Source: Nostoc sp.
Lineage (GTDB): Bacteria; Cyanobacteriota; Cyanobacteriia; Cyanobacteriales; Nostocaceae
Direction of reading: 5' to 3'
Length of the DNA: 64,000 bases
Assembly: GCA_036918135.1 (NCBI GenBank)
Contig: JBALDB010000005.1
Span: 32,001-96,000, forward strand
This document shows, in pieces, positions 41,781 through 52,078 of the stretch (its first letter is position 1; every line of letters starts with the position of its first letter). A model generated the notes under the pieces. The model was not told where the DNA came from. It did not search any database and saw only the letters and a list, made by a program, of their open reading frames with translations. The translations under genes were made by a program, and so were the position numbers.

Positions 41781-43928
41781 CTAAGGCGTTGTCTCAGGAG
41801 TTGGTATTGGTGTAGGTTCAGGTGTGGAGGTTTCTGTGGGAGTTGGTATGGGAGTTGGTGTGGGAGTTGGCGTAGGCGTAGGTGTTTCCGTGGGCGTTGG
41901 TGTCGGAGTTGGGGGTGGGGTAGGAGTTTCTGCTACGATATTAAGTTGATAATCTATCGGTTTCGTTGCAGTGGAAACCACGACAAACTCGTAAAAACCA
42001 TTTTCTGATAATTTAGCTAACAAACTACGCTTGGTAGAATCTTCTAAAAATTTGATTTTGCCTGAGGGTGAATAGACTGATAACAAGACTTGGGAATTTG
42101 CTTCTAGCTTTAAGTCTAAAGATTGCTCTTTGGCAAGTTCAGCAATGAACACTTTACCACCACCAGGTTGAAGAGTACCGCTGACTGTTTTACCAAGCGC
42201 ACCCGCATCAAAGACAAGTTTTTGGAAAGCACTACCAGCAAGGATAGCACTGAGTTTATCACTTACAAATCCGTACCAAACTTGTCCAATGGGCTGATCG
42301 GTAAAATTTTTACTACGCTGCTCAGGAAATACACTAAAAAATGCTGCGTCTCCCAAATCATACAAAGAACGACTGCCAACGTTGATGCGGTTGACTTCTA
42401 CTTTCCAGCGATCGCGTTCGGCAGTTGTATAACTTCCCAGTTTTTGGCGGGAATTTGAACTCAGTAGTGATAGTTTTTCCAGCAATTCTGAAGCTGTTCG
42501 ATCCCATTGTGCCCGCAAACTCTCGTCTTCGGAACCGTTGCTGAGAGTCCGTCCTCGTAAACTGGGATTTGTGTCCCAAAAAACTTGATTCACTAAGTTA
42601 ACGTAAAACTTCTCATCAATACCCAACTGTTGACGGCGATCGATTAATTTTTGTTTGCGCTGGCGTTCGGCTGGTGAGTATTGCGCTAAGGGGTCGGTTG
42701 GCTGGTCGTTGGTTGGGATTGGGCTGGCTGTGGGAGTAGGTTGAATTTCTCCTGAATGGCGGCTGCTATTTACTCCCCAAAAAATTAATCCAGTTGTACC
42801 AACTGCTACCAGTACTGCAACGAAGGTTTTTGTTGGTGTCCACCAGCTTGTGGGCTGAGGAGATGAGGAATATGAGGGATATGAGGGAGATGGGGGAGGA
42901 GGGGGAGAAACGGCAACAGTGGCAGATGTAGGTTGTGGTGGGGTGGGATATTGCGTGGGCGGGAAGCTGGCTGGGGGAGGGTTGAGGACTTCGAGCACTT
43001 GACGGGCTGATTGATAGCGATCGCCCGGTCTGGCAGATAGCATTTTATCTAATACTTGTCCCAAAAGGGGACTGAGGCTCACTTCTCGTCGCCATTGCCA
43101 AGTTAAATTATAAGTATCAATTAATTCTTGGGGTAGCTTGCCTGTCAGTAAAACCAACATTGTGGCAGCTAAAGCATACAAGTCACTGTGGGGAGACACC
43201 AGCCCAGTTTGCATTTGTTCTGGCGGAGCAAATCCTATTTTACCTAATAAAGTTGGTGATGGTGAAGATGGGACTACACCGGGTTGATAATATTGGGAAG
43301 CTACAGTTGCTACTACTTGTTTGACACCGCCAAAATCGATTAATACTGGTAATTGGTCAACGGTACGAAGTATTAAATTATCTGGAGAAATATCTCGGTG
43401 AATCACGCCTAATGAGTGGATATACTCCAACACTGGCAAAATTTGCTGCAATAATTGGCGCACTTCGGCTTCTGTAAAGTGCAAACCTTGCCTTGTTCTG
43501 GCATTTAACAAAGAGCTGTAAGTTTCCCCTTCTACATAATCTTGTACTAAAAACAGATATTCTCTACCCTGTAAATTAGTGCGAAGCAGTTCGCGGAAGC
43601 GAGGAATTTGGGGATGTTGTAGTTTATAAAGAACACTCGCTTCTCTCTCAAAAAGTTCTTCAGCTTTTTCGACAACGTAAGCGGTTTGAACTTGGGGAGA
43701 AAATTCCTTTAAAACACAAAGTTCGCGGAAACGGTTAACATCTTCAGCTAAATAAGTGCGTCCAAAGCCACCTTGACCGAGTTGACGCACAATTACATAG
43801 CGACCGCCTAAAGTTAATCCTGTTTGTATACCATTACTCATGGGTGTATCCAATTTTTCACCACACTGGAGACAAAAGCGACTATCGGGGGAATTTTCAT
43901 GTCCCTTAGAACAATATAATTTTGTCAT
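41781..43928 (-). CDS. Membrane Ser/Thr protein kinase (Zn-ribbon, kinase, TM, extracytoplasmic domain, PT-rich tail)
   Basis: LGQGGFGRTY, HRDISPDN, IDFGG; CSKGH..CLQCG. Confidence 0.92.
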   Translation of the reverse strand: MTKLYCSKGHENSPDSRFCLQCGEKLDTPMSNGIQTGLTLGGRYVIVRQLGQGGFGRTYLAEDVNRFRELCVLKEFSPQVQTAYVVEKAEELFEREASVLYKLQHPQIPRFRELLRTNLQGREYLFLVQDYVEGETYSSLLNARTRQGLHFTEAEVRQLLQQILPVLEYIHSLGVIHRDISPDNLILRTVDQLPVLIDFGGVKQVVATVASQYYQPGVVPSSPSPTLLGKIGFAPPEQMQTGLVSPHSDLYALAATMLVLLTGKLPQELIDTYNLTWQWRREVSLSPLLGQVLDKMLSARPGDRYQSARQVLEVLNPPPASFPPTQYPTPPQPTSATVAVSPPPPPSPSYPSYSSSPQPTSWWTPTKTFVAVLVAVGTTGLIFWGVNSSRHSGEIQPTPTASPIPTNDQPTDPLAQYSPAERQRKQKLIDRRQQLGIDEKFYVNLVNQVFWDTNPSLRGRTLSNGSEDESLRAQWDRTASELLEKLSLLSSNSRQKLGSYTTAERDRWKVEVNRINVGSRSLYDLGDAAFFSVFPEQRSKNFTDQPIGQVWYGFVSDKLSAILAGSAFQKLVFDAGALGKTVSGTLQPGGGKVFIAELAKEQSLDLKLEANSQVLLSVYSPSGKIKFLEDSTKRSLLAKLSENGFYEFVVVSTATKPIDYQLNIVAETPTPPPTPTPTPTETPTPTPTPTPTPIPTPTETSTPEPTPIPTPETTP

Positions 43929-43975
43929 TTGTCATTTGTGATTTGTCATTCGTCATTCCCCGTGTCCCCAGTCCG

Positions 43976-45673
43976 TTACTTGCTAGATTGTACTTTACTA
44001 ATTTGGTCGGCTGCGATCGCATACCAAATTTGACCGAAAGTTTGTTGATTCAGTTTCCCACGCTGCTGACCGGGAAACAAGCGATCGAACTTTTCATTTG
44101 TATCTTTGTTCAACTGACTAATTGTATAGTCTTTGAATTCTCCCGCTCGTGCTTGTCGTCTCCATCTTTGGTAATCTTGTTCAGTATAATTTCCTAGTTT
44201 CTGACGCGCTGCTGTACTGAGGTTAGCTTGTTCTAGTTTATTCAACAACTCGTCAGCGATACCGTACCATTCATCGCGTAAACGAGCATCTTCAGCTTTA
44301 GATGTCAGGCTGCGTCCTTTTAATTCTGGTTTTTTTGTATAAAATAAATTATCTACTGTGCGAATAAAAAATCCTTCAGGAATTCCTAGCTCTTGACGAC
44401 GACTGATAATTTTCTCAAGGTTGCTATTTTTTCCTTTGTCGCTGCCTGGTTGACCGCTAGGATTAGGGAATTGGGGAATTTGGGGTAAAGAAATAGATGG
44501 TATGCTAATTGAAGATACGCTCTTAATGACTGCGTTTACCACCGCCCAAGCACCTGCACCAGTTAAGACAACTAAAGCTGTGCCACCTAAACTCATCACA
44601 AAAGGGCGAATCCAAACGGGGAAAGATGCAGATTTAACAATTGCCTGGGTTCTGTTGTGAAATTTACTCACAATAGCAGTGGCGCGTTGTCTTCCAGGAG
44701 CTACTACCATCGTCTTAATCTTGGTAACATAGTTAGGCGAGGGTTGAGTTGCATTTGGCGATGGTAAATCTTTGAGGATTTGCTCGGCTCGTTGATAGCG
44801 ATCGCTCGGTTTATAAGCCAGCATCTTTTTTAACACAGACTCTAGTCGGGGACTGACTTGGATTTGCTTGCCCCAGTACCAAATTCCTTGATAGCTATCG
44901 TATAATTTTTGCGGTTCCTGTGCCGTCAATAATACTAATGCAGTTACCGCCAAAGAGTATAAATCGCTATTAAAAAATGCTTTGCCTTGCCGTAGCTGTT
45001 CCTCTGGAGCATAACCTTTTTTACCCAGCAAAGTGTTATTCCCAACCAACTGAGTCCGCCAAAAACCTTGAGAAGCTGGCAATTGTTTGACGCCACCAAA
45101 ATCAATCAGTACTGGTAAATTATCAGAACGCCGCAAAATTAAATTGTCGGGAGAGATATCGCGGTGAACTACATCCTGTGAATGAATGTAGGATAGCACG
45201 GGTAAAATTTGTTGCAGTAGAGTAATTACTTCCTCTTCGCTAAAGGCTTTTCCTTGAGTACGACGCTGTTCTAATAATTGGTCAAAATTGTCACCATCTA
45301 TATAATCTTGAACTAAAAAGAAAAAATCTTTAGTACCTATTTTCACTTGTAGCGAGCTGTGAAAACGCGGAATTTGAGGATGTTGGAGTTTTTTCAGGAC
45401 ATTGGCTTCTCGCTCAAATAACTCTTTAGCTTTTTGTAAATCTTGTTTTTCTTGTACTTGGGGTGCAAATTCCTTCAACACACAGGTTCGATCGGATTTA
45501 TTTTTATCCTTCGCCAAATAAGTACGTCCAAAGCCGCCTTGGCCTAGTTGACGTATAATTTGATAGCGATTATCAATCACCTGCCCCACACCAAGAGCTA
45601 ATGGTTCGCCGCAATGGGTACAAAAGCGGTTACCATTATCATTTGTGTGTTGTTTACTACAATAGACCTGCAT
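43976..45673 (-). CDS. Membrane Ser/Thr protein kinase, paralog of the downstream kinase
   Basis: LGQGGFGRTY, HRDISPDN, IDFGG; shares the C-terminal RRQxLGI...QIWY domain. Confidence 0.92.
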   Translation of the reverse strand: MQVYCSKQHTNDNGNRFCTHCGEPLALGVGQVIDNRYQIIRQLGQGGFGRTYLAKDKNKSDRTCVLKEFAPQVQEKQDLQKAKELFEREANVLKKLQHPQIPRFHSSLQVKIGTKDFFFLVQDYIDGDNFDQLLEQRRTQGKAFSEEEVITLLQQILPVLSYIHSQDVVHRDISPDNLILRRSDNLPVLIDFGGVKQLPASQGFWRTQLVGNNTLLGKKGYAPEEQLRQGKAFFNSDLYSLAVTALVLLTAQEPQKLYDSYQGIWYWGKQIQVSPRLESVLKKMLAYKPSDRYQRAEQILKDLPSPNATQPSPNYVTKIKTMVVAPGRQRATAIVSKFHNRTQAIVKSASFPVWIRPFVMSLGGTALVVLTGAGAWAVVNAVIKSVSSISIPSISLPQIPQFPNPSGQPGSDKGKNSNLEKIISRRQELGIPEGFFIRTVDNLFYTKKPELKGRSLTSKAEDARLRDEWYGIADELLNKLEQANLSTAARQKLGNYTEQDYQRWRRQARAGEFKDYTISQLNKDTNEKFDRLFPGQQRGKLNQQTFGQIWYAIAADQISKVQSSK

Positions 45674-46169
45674 GATGCCCAAGAATAAATTCAGCTTTTA
45701 TTGAGAGACTACAACGGGTGTACCTTTGTTTTCGGATATCTTACCAAACGTTAGGGTAGGGTGTTCCTATCCTCAGAAGTGTTAATTGAATAAAGAGTAA
45801 TACTTTTGTATATTTATACACTAACATTCTCTAGCTAAGTTTGTGTATCAAATTACTTCTTATATAGGGCACACTTTCTCTGTAACAAATAGTTAGATAT
45901 AGCAAGAGGCAGGATAGCGCAGCGTTAGCGAGTCCACGAGCGTTGGCAGAGGGCAGGAGGTAAAACTATTGCTAACTCTCTTCTTTCACCCTTTCCAAGT
46001 GTCCTAAAGAGTGTGACTACGGCTATATTTTGGAGCTGAAAATCTCTTAAATATCTCTTAAATACGTTTTACTAAAAATAACTGGGATTTTGTTGGTATT
46101 AGATAAAGGCTAAAATAAATACTTGCAGCAAGTAACGGTGTTGGTACTTCAAGATAAACAACAAGCATC

Positions 46170-47678
46170 ATGAACTGCAAATCACAAAGCCAGCGAGCAA
46201 TTAAAGCATTTGAAGATTTTCTCTCTACTCCCCTAGAAACGCAACTGCAACGACATCTCAACGCTCAAACTTCAGCAGCTTTGAGTTTATTTCACGATGT
46301 AGCGGCTAATGTACCCGCCTACAAGGCTTTTTTAGCAGAAAGAGAAATTAATCCTGCAAGTATTCAAACCTTGGAGGAGTTTCAAAAACTGCCAGCGATC
46401 GCCAAAGAAAATTATATACTGCGTTATCCTTTAGCTGACTTGTGCCGCGACGGACAACTCCAAGGTTGCGATATGATAGCCGCTTCCTCTGGTTCCAGTG
46501 GCAAACCGACATTTTGGCCGCGTTTTTTCACAGATGAACTGCAAATCGCCACACGTTTTGAACAGATTTTTCACGATAGTTTTTATGCAGATACCAGACA
46601 TACTTTAGCTGTGATTTGTTTCACTTTAGGCACTTGGGTAGGTGGAATGTTCACCACCAATTGCTGTCGCTATCTTGCTAGTAAAGGTTATCCCCTGACT
46701 GTAATTACTCCCGGTAACAACAAAGAAGAAATATTGCGAGTCGTCCAAGAATTAGGTTCTGCTTTCGAGCAAGTGGTACTTTTGGGATATCCGCCATTTT
46801 TGAAAGATGTCATTGATACTGGAATTGCTCGCGGTGTGGAGTGGCAGCAATATCAGATTAAGTTTGTGATGGCGGGAGAAGTATTCAGCGAAGAATGGCG
46901 GAGTTTAGTTGGTAAAAGAGTTGGTTCAGAAAATCCCTGCTATGATTTTGCATCACTTTACGGCACTGCGGATGCGGGAGTTTTGGGCAATGAAACACCG
47001 TTAAGTATTTGCATTCGCCGTTTTTTGGCAGAAAATCCCGATGCAGCTAGAGCTTTATTTGGTGAATCGCGTTTACCGACATTAGTACAGTACGATCCTT
47101 GCAATCGCTTTTTTGAAGTTCAAGATGGCGCATTGCTATTTTCTGGAGATAACGGTATTCCCTTAGTGCGTTATGACATCTTGGACACTGGCGGTATCAT
47201 TAATTATGATGCCATGCTGGAATTTTTAGCAAAATGGGGATTCGATCCTGTTGCAGAGTTACAGAATCAGAATTCAGCTAGAGGTATTCACTCATTACCT
47301 TTTGTTTATGTCTTTGGTCGTTCTAACTTTACAGTTTCATACTTTGGCGCAAATATCTATCCAGAAAATGTGACGGTGGGATTAGAACAACCAGTGATTC
47401 AAGAATGGGTGACGGGTAAATTTGTGTTGCAAGTGAAGGAAGATGCTGACAAAAATCGATTTTTATCTGTGGTTGTGGAATTAGCACCAGGAGTAGAAGG
47501 TAGTGAAGCTCAAAAAGAAGCGATCGCATCTTCGATTCTTGCACAACTGCTACGCTTAAATAGCGAGTTTGCTAATTATGTTCCCGTAGAATATCAAACA
47601 CCACAGGTTACATTAGCGGCAATGGGCGATGCTGAATATTTCCCTGTTGGGGTGAAACATCGTTATACGCGTAAATAG
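46170..47678 (+). CDS. Phenylacetate-CoA ligase-like (PaaK-family) adenylating enzyme
   Basis: ASSGSSGKPTFW, GYPPFLKD, YGTADAG, PLVRYDI, GANIYPE. Confidence 0.85.
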   Translation: MNCKSQSQRAIKAFEDFLSTPLETQLQRHLNAQTSAALSLFHDVAANVPAYKAFLAEREINPASIQTLEEFQKLPAIAKENYILRYPLADLCRDGQLQGCDMIAASSGSSGKPTFWPRFFTDELQIATRFEQIFHDSFYADTRHTLAVICFTLGTWVGGMFTTNCCRYLASKGYPLTVITPGNNKEEILRVVQELGSAFEQVVLLGYPPFLKDVIDTGIARGVEWQQYQIKFVMAGEVFSEEWRSLVGKRVGSENPCYDFASLYGTADAGVLGNETPLSICIRRFLAENPDAARALFGESRLPTLVQYDPCNRFFEVQDGALLFSGDNGIPLVRYDILDTGGIINYDAMLEFLAKWGFDPVAELQNQNSARGIHSLPFVYVFGRSNFTVSYFGANIYPENVTVGLEQPVIQEWVTGKFVLQVKEDADKNRFLSVVVELAPGVEGSEAQKEAIASSILAQLLRLNSEFANYVPVEYQTPQVTLAAMGDAEYFPVGVKHRYTRK

Positions 47679-47812
47679 GGAATGGGACAATAAATAGTTT
47701 TCAGTTATAGCAGGGGACTGGGTTAAAAGTGAAGTATAAAAGCTAGTTGCTTCTATCATCTTTAGTGAATGCGGCATAATAAAAACTAAACCCTAAAATT
47801 CTGAAGTAGGCA

Positions 47813-48091
47813 ATGAATACTACCGATAATTCTCCGATGGATGATGGGTCATTAGCAGATTTGATTTCTGTCGCACAGTTACAGCAACAGCTTAATGACT
47901 TACTCCAGCAACTATCTCCAGAACGATTACAGGTGCTGACTGATTTTGCTGCTTATTTGGCAAATGCTGAAAGCGAAGCTGCAACCCAAGAACTTTTGGC
48001 AATTCCTGGATTGTTAGAGCGAGTTAAGCACTCATCAGTAACGCCTAAAGCCGAATACACCGCCTGGACAACTCTTCGCTCTGATGTATGA
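47813..48091 (+). CDS. Putative antitoxin
   Basis: QLSPERLQVLTDFAAYL..EAATQELLAIPGL; overlaps the downstream RelE-like gene. Confidence 0.7.
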   Translation: MNTTDNSPMDDGSLADLISVAQLQQQLNDLLQQLSPERLQVLTDFAAYLANAESEAATQELLAIPGLLERVKHSSVTPKAEYTAWTTLRSDV

Positions 48092-48372
48092 AGTTATTCT
48101 TCATCCCGATGTCCAGGAAGTTTATGTCAATGCTGACAAAGCCCTTGCTAAGAAAATTGCCCGATGTTTCCAGCAGCTAGAACAAACTCCTCGATCGCAC
48201 CCCAACATTAAAGCCCTGAAGGGAGATTTTACAGGCTACTATCGCTACCGAATCGGGGATTACAGAGTCCATTTATTTTATAGACGATGAAGTTGTGCAA
48301 GTACTTGTTGTGGCGTTCACGAAGTGACTCTGCAAGAGTATCGCTCATCGCAGTGAGGTATATGAACCATAA
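48084..48372 (+). pseudogene. RelE/ParE-family toxin with a +1 frameshift and a 24-nt insertion
   Basis: IKALKGDFTGYYRYRIGDYRV then extra C (~48270); continues IYFIDDEVVQVLVVA[insert]IAHRSEVYEP*. Confidence 0.8.
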
Positions 48373-48588
48373 AGGCGATCGCTTAATCAATATTATCGCG
48401 GCGATTGCAAAAACAATCGCATTCCCATTCTGTTCACAATATCTGTTTTACGGGGGGCGATCGTATTCCCTGAATTGCGGAAATATTGGACGCGATAGAT
48501 TTACGAGATGCGATGAATCGCGTCTTTATAAGGGATTGCTGCTTCTACATTTCTCTTATGTTTTGCCTGGAGGAAGTACTTTTCTTTC

Positions 48589-51500
48589 CTACTCTCCATC
48601 TTTAACTTTCTCCTGCTGATGCCAAGCTTGATAAAAAGCGGTGTAGGTCATGTTTTCGGCGCAATGGTAAAGTGTCCAATAGCAATGAAAGTAGAAAGCA
48701 CGATTATTTTGACAAACTGAATCTTGTAAGTAGTAACTTAACTTGGTAACTGCTAAAGAAAATAAATTATCTTTAAGGATTATTCCTAAACATGCAATAT
48801 GATTAACAAATCCAACTAAGCCATCATTATCTATTAAATTAATAATAAAGTTAAATACATTTTCATTGCCAATACCAATAGCTGTTAAAGCCGAGATAGC
48901 ATGTTCTTTAATTTTATAATTTTCACGATATGCATGATTCTTGATAATTAAAATCAGAATATTTATTAACTCTGGATTACCACTTCCAATTCTTTTTACA
49001 TATTCAAGAGCCTTAAACAAAAGGTAGCGATCAGAGTCTTCATTAGAACGCAGCAATCGCTTAATAACTTCAAGAATGGGAGAAATAGCCTCTGGATTCC
49101 CAGTAATTATTTTCTCTAATTTCAACATGATCTCAACCTGCTGTGGAGTACCATCCTCAATATTGTTTAGGGAGTAAATCAAATCTATTATTTCTTCTTT
49201 ACTACTATGATTCTCTTCTTCGGATGCCTCAGACGATATCTCAATAGGTCGTGAATCTGAAAACACATACCGTCTTATAACTTCAACTTGTTCATTAAAT
49301 TCACGATTATTTAACCAAACAGGTGGAACAAAGTAATCATCGCTATTGTCAATTAGTCCCTTCAGAACTTTGCAAGCTTCAAAGTTATTATGAGAAAAAT
49401 CTAATAAAGTTAATGCAACTTGAGCAAGAATTCTTTCATCAAATTTATTACCGATATTATCAGCAACTTGTCTGCGAATTTCTTTATCTTGACATAAGTG
49501 CAACAATTTCATGAGTTCAATAACAACTTTGCTGCGATCAGTGTCTCGAATTATTGTTCGAGCTTTTTTATCAAGTGGAAAGAAAGACTGCCACCCTTGT
49601 TTAGTACTATCAAGGCAACCAAAAGCCCATTGAACTATCTGTGCTACTATTTCATCAGCACGACTACAATCCCTAAATTCCGCAATACCATTTGCTGCCA
49701 AAAAGTAGGCTTGAAACCAATAAAGTTTGCAGAAACCATCATCAAATTCCACCAACGCCTGAATAAACTCTTCCTTCTCTTCCCTCCTCACATCCTCACG
49801 TCCCAACCACAGCAAAATCACCTCTTTCCACTGCGGTGCAAAAATGCGATAAACGCCTAGCGCAGGGTTGTCAGGAACATGATTTAGAAACTCGTGCCAA
49901 TCAGCAACCGCTAACGCTGCAAAATATTCCTCAAATGTGGGATGGTAGAAGGCGTAAACTTTCTCTTTCGTTGCTGATTCCGCAGCCAGTCCTACTTCAT
50001 TTAGCCATCCCAACTTTAACGCTAACCAAAATAAAGAATTTTGCTGTTTTGCATCACCTAATTCCTCACGGACAAACTTATGTCGTAGCCGAAAGCGTGA
50101 CGTTTCTTGATCAATTGCCCGTTTCGCCAAACGTCCCAAAGCTGCATTTAATTCCTCTTGCTGCTGTTCGGTGGTAGAAAAGCGGTTTTCTTTCCACTTG
50201 TAAACCTCTTCCACAAACTGCTGATAAAGTCCGGCTTTAGTTTCCGGTAAACCTTTATCGGAACCTTGCCAAGTGCTACACAACAGCGCTAACCGCAAAG
50301 GATTTTTAACTAAATCTTGGATGCGCTGACGTTCAGCTTTATCTAATTCCTTTGATAATCTTTCCCCTTTGTCTGCATCCTTCTTGTGAAACCAACGCCG
50401 AATAAATTCTTGCACCTGTTGCGGATATTTAAAGTTGAGTAACCGATACGTCTCAAAATTTTCTAAAGCGTTAGCGTTTGCTTCCCAAACATTCACCCGA
50501 CAAGTCAGCACAACCCGCGCATTTTTCACCCATCCCGTCAACTGCTGGGAAATCTCAGTTAATGGTTGGAGTGAAGCCATTTCATCTGCCGCATCCAACA
50601 ACAACCACACAGGATTATTCTTGAATAAATCTGCAAAAGTGTTTTCCTGTTCTTCTTTTACCCGCACCACTTCTAAAGCATTCTTCAGCCAATCTTGCAG
50701 CAGATAATTTTCTACACTCTTTCCTTGCAAGTCTGCCAAAGAAATCCAAATTGGTAAACCGAGATTGTTATCTAATATCCAAAAAGCTATAGTTTGCAAC
50801 TGAGTAGTTTTTCCCGCACCCGGTTCCCCAATTAAAGCAATGCGGTGTCCTTGAGTTTTTCCAACACCATCACGGATAACTTTCTCTAAAAAAGCCTCAT
50901 GTTCAAATCGCTGCTTCTCTTCATAACTCGGTTCGTAAAGTCGTGAACCTTGTTCTGGGGAAATATCCTCGTTGCACTTCTGCGGTTTGTTACGTTCCAC
51001 CAATGCTAAAGGGACATGAATTGCCTCTAGCTCAAATTTCATCTCATCATCAGCAAACAGCAACTCATTTGTGGTGAGACGCTTGTGCTTTTCCAGCATA
51101 GCGCGGCAGATTTCTTGCCAGTCAAAGCTATTATCTGTTGTTTGTACCTGGAATGTTTCTTTTAAATTCGTCTTATGATATTCCTTCCACTTCTGCTTAA
51201 CCACCTCCAGATTATCTTTTATCGTTGCTGTCTGATGTTTTAGCGTCAGGGTAAATTTCCAATAACCTTGATTGTTTGCAGCTTTTTCCGGTTCTCGCAC
51301 TTTCAACTTCCATAGCCAGTCAAGTGCAGTTTGAAGCTCTTGTAATTCTCTTTCTTTTTGAGAAACGTTAGATTCTGCTTTTTGCCGGGGAAGTTTTAAA
51401 GTTTTGCCAACATTTTTAATCTGTTGGAGTAAATATTCCTTCTTTGTACCAACTTCAGATGTTTTGCTTCTGTTTCCGCTTGTTTGTTGGCTTTTATATC

Positions 51501-51648
51501 CGGTAATTCTCAGCTTATCAGCATTCCAGACAACGCAAAGTGGAAGTTTTGACTCACAGTCTTGCTCTTGGGACAGTTGCAGCAATGCTTCTACCAAACT
51601 GAGTACATTCTCTAAAACTGATTCATCTCCACGAATATTTCTTGACAT
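48589..51648 (-). CDS. NACHT-family STAND NTPase with HEAT-like C-terminal repeats
   Basis: Walker A GEPGAGKTT, Walker B LLLDAADEM, VVLTCR, NPLRLALLC, FYHPTFEEYFAA. Confidence 0.88.
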   Translation of the reverse strand: MSRNIRGDESVLENVLSLVEALLQLSQEQDCESKLPLCVVWNADKLRITGYKSQQTSGNRSKTSEVGTKKEYLLQQIKNVGKTLKLPRQKAESNVSQKERELQELQTALDWLWKLKVREPEKAANNQGYWKFTLTLKHQTATIKDNLEVVKQKWKEYHKTNLKETFQVQTTDNSFDWQEICRAMLEKHKRLTTNELLFADDEMKFELEAIHVPLALVERNKPQKCNEDISPEQGSRLYEPSYEEKQRFEHEAFLEKVIRDGVGKTQGHRIALIGEPGAGKTTQLQTIAFWILDNNLGLPIWISLADLQGKSVENYLLQDWLKNALEVVRVKEEQENTFADLFKNNPVWLLLDAADEMASLQPLTEISQQLTGWVKNARVVLTCRVNVWEANANALENFETYRLLNFKYPQQVQEFIRRWFHKKDADKGERLSKELDKAERQRIQDLVKNPLRLALLCSTWQGSDKGLPETKAGLYQQFVEEVYKWKENRFSTTEQQQEELNAALGRLAKRAIDQETSRFRLRHKFVREELGDAKQQNSLFWLALKLGWLNEVGLAAESATKEKVYAFYHPTFEEYFAALAVADWHEFLNHVPDNPALGVYRIFAPQWKEVILLWLGREDVRREEKEEFIQALVEFDDGFCKLYWFQAYFLAANGIAEFRDCSRADEIVAQIVQWAFGCLDSTKQGWQSFFPLDKKARTIIRDTDRSKVVIELMKLLHLCQDKEIRRQVADNIGNKFDERILAQVALTLLDFSHNNFEACKVLKGLIDNSDDYFVPPVWLNNREFNEQVEVIRRYVFSDSRPIEISSEASEEENHSSKEEIIDLIYSLNNIEDGTPQQVEIMLKLEKIITGNPEAISPILEVIKRLLRSNEDSDRYLLFKALEYVKRIGSGNPELINILILIIKNHAYRENYKIKEHAISALTAIGIGNENVFNFIINLIDNDGLVGFVNHIACLGIILKDNLFSLAVTKLSYYLQDSVCQNNRAFYFHCYWTLYHCAENMTYTAFYQAWHQQEKVKDGE

Positions 51649-51817
51649 CAGTCAAATAAAAAAAATTGAAATAATTTGTAATTACCCAAACAAACAAGCT
51701 TCCCCAAGCCGCAAAAGCTGATGATACAAGCATTATAGACGCTGCGTGGGGGATGTGTCTGGGGAAATACCCAAAAAAATAATTCACCTTGTAAACCTAA
51801 AAACGAGGTGAATTCAG

Positions 51818-52078
51818 ATGTCAGCTAAAAAACGTGGTAAAAGTGTAAGTCAAAGAGCGATGTCTACGACGGGCTACGCCTACGCTTTTTTGTTAATTCT
51901 GCAAACAATGTTAATTGGCGTAAATGCCGAAAACCGCCTTCAGCAAGGAGACTCACCAATCGAGGTTTTAATCTGGATGATTAACCAGTCTATTCCAGTC
52001 CTGAAACAAGCCAGCAGTTTCCAAGAAAAACAGAAAAACAGCCTGTTACCCACGCATCCCCGTTCTGAGGATCGATAA
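51818..52078 (+). CDS. Small hypothetical protein divergent from NACHT, with an in-frame 21-nt insertion at a HIP1 site
   Basis: GAGGTG RBS; GCGAT[GTCTACGACGGGCTACGCCTA]CGC at 51857-51885. Confidence 0.55.
   Translation: MSAKKRGKSVSQRAMSTTGYAYAFLLILQTMLIGVNAENRLQQGDSPIEVLIWMINQSIPVLKQASSFQEKQKNSLLPTHPRSEDR

Noticed and set aside
48287..48619. 110-aa ORF after relE
   Set aside because: Runs through the frameshifted relE tail, HIP1/REP sequence and the NACHT stop; not protein-like.
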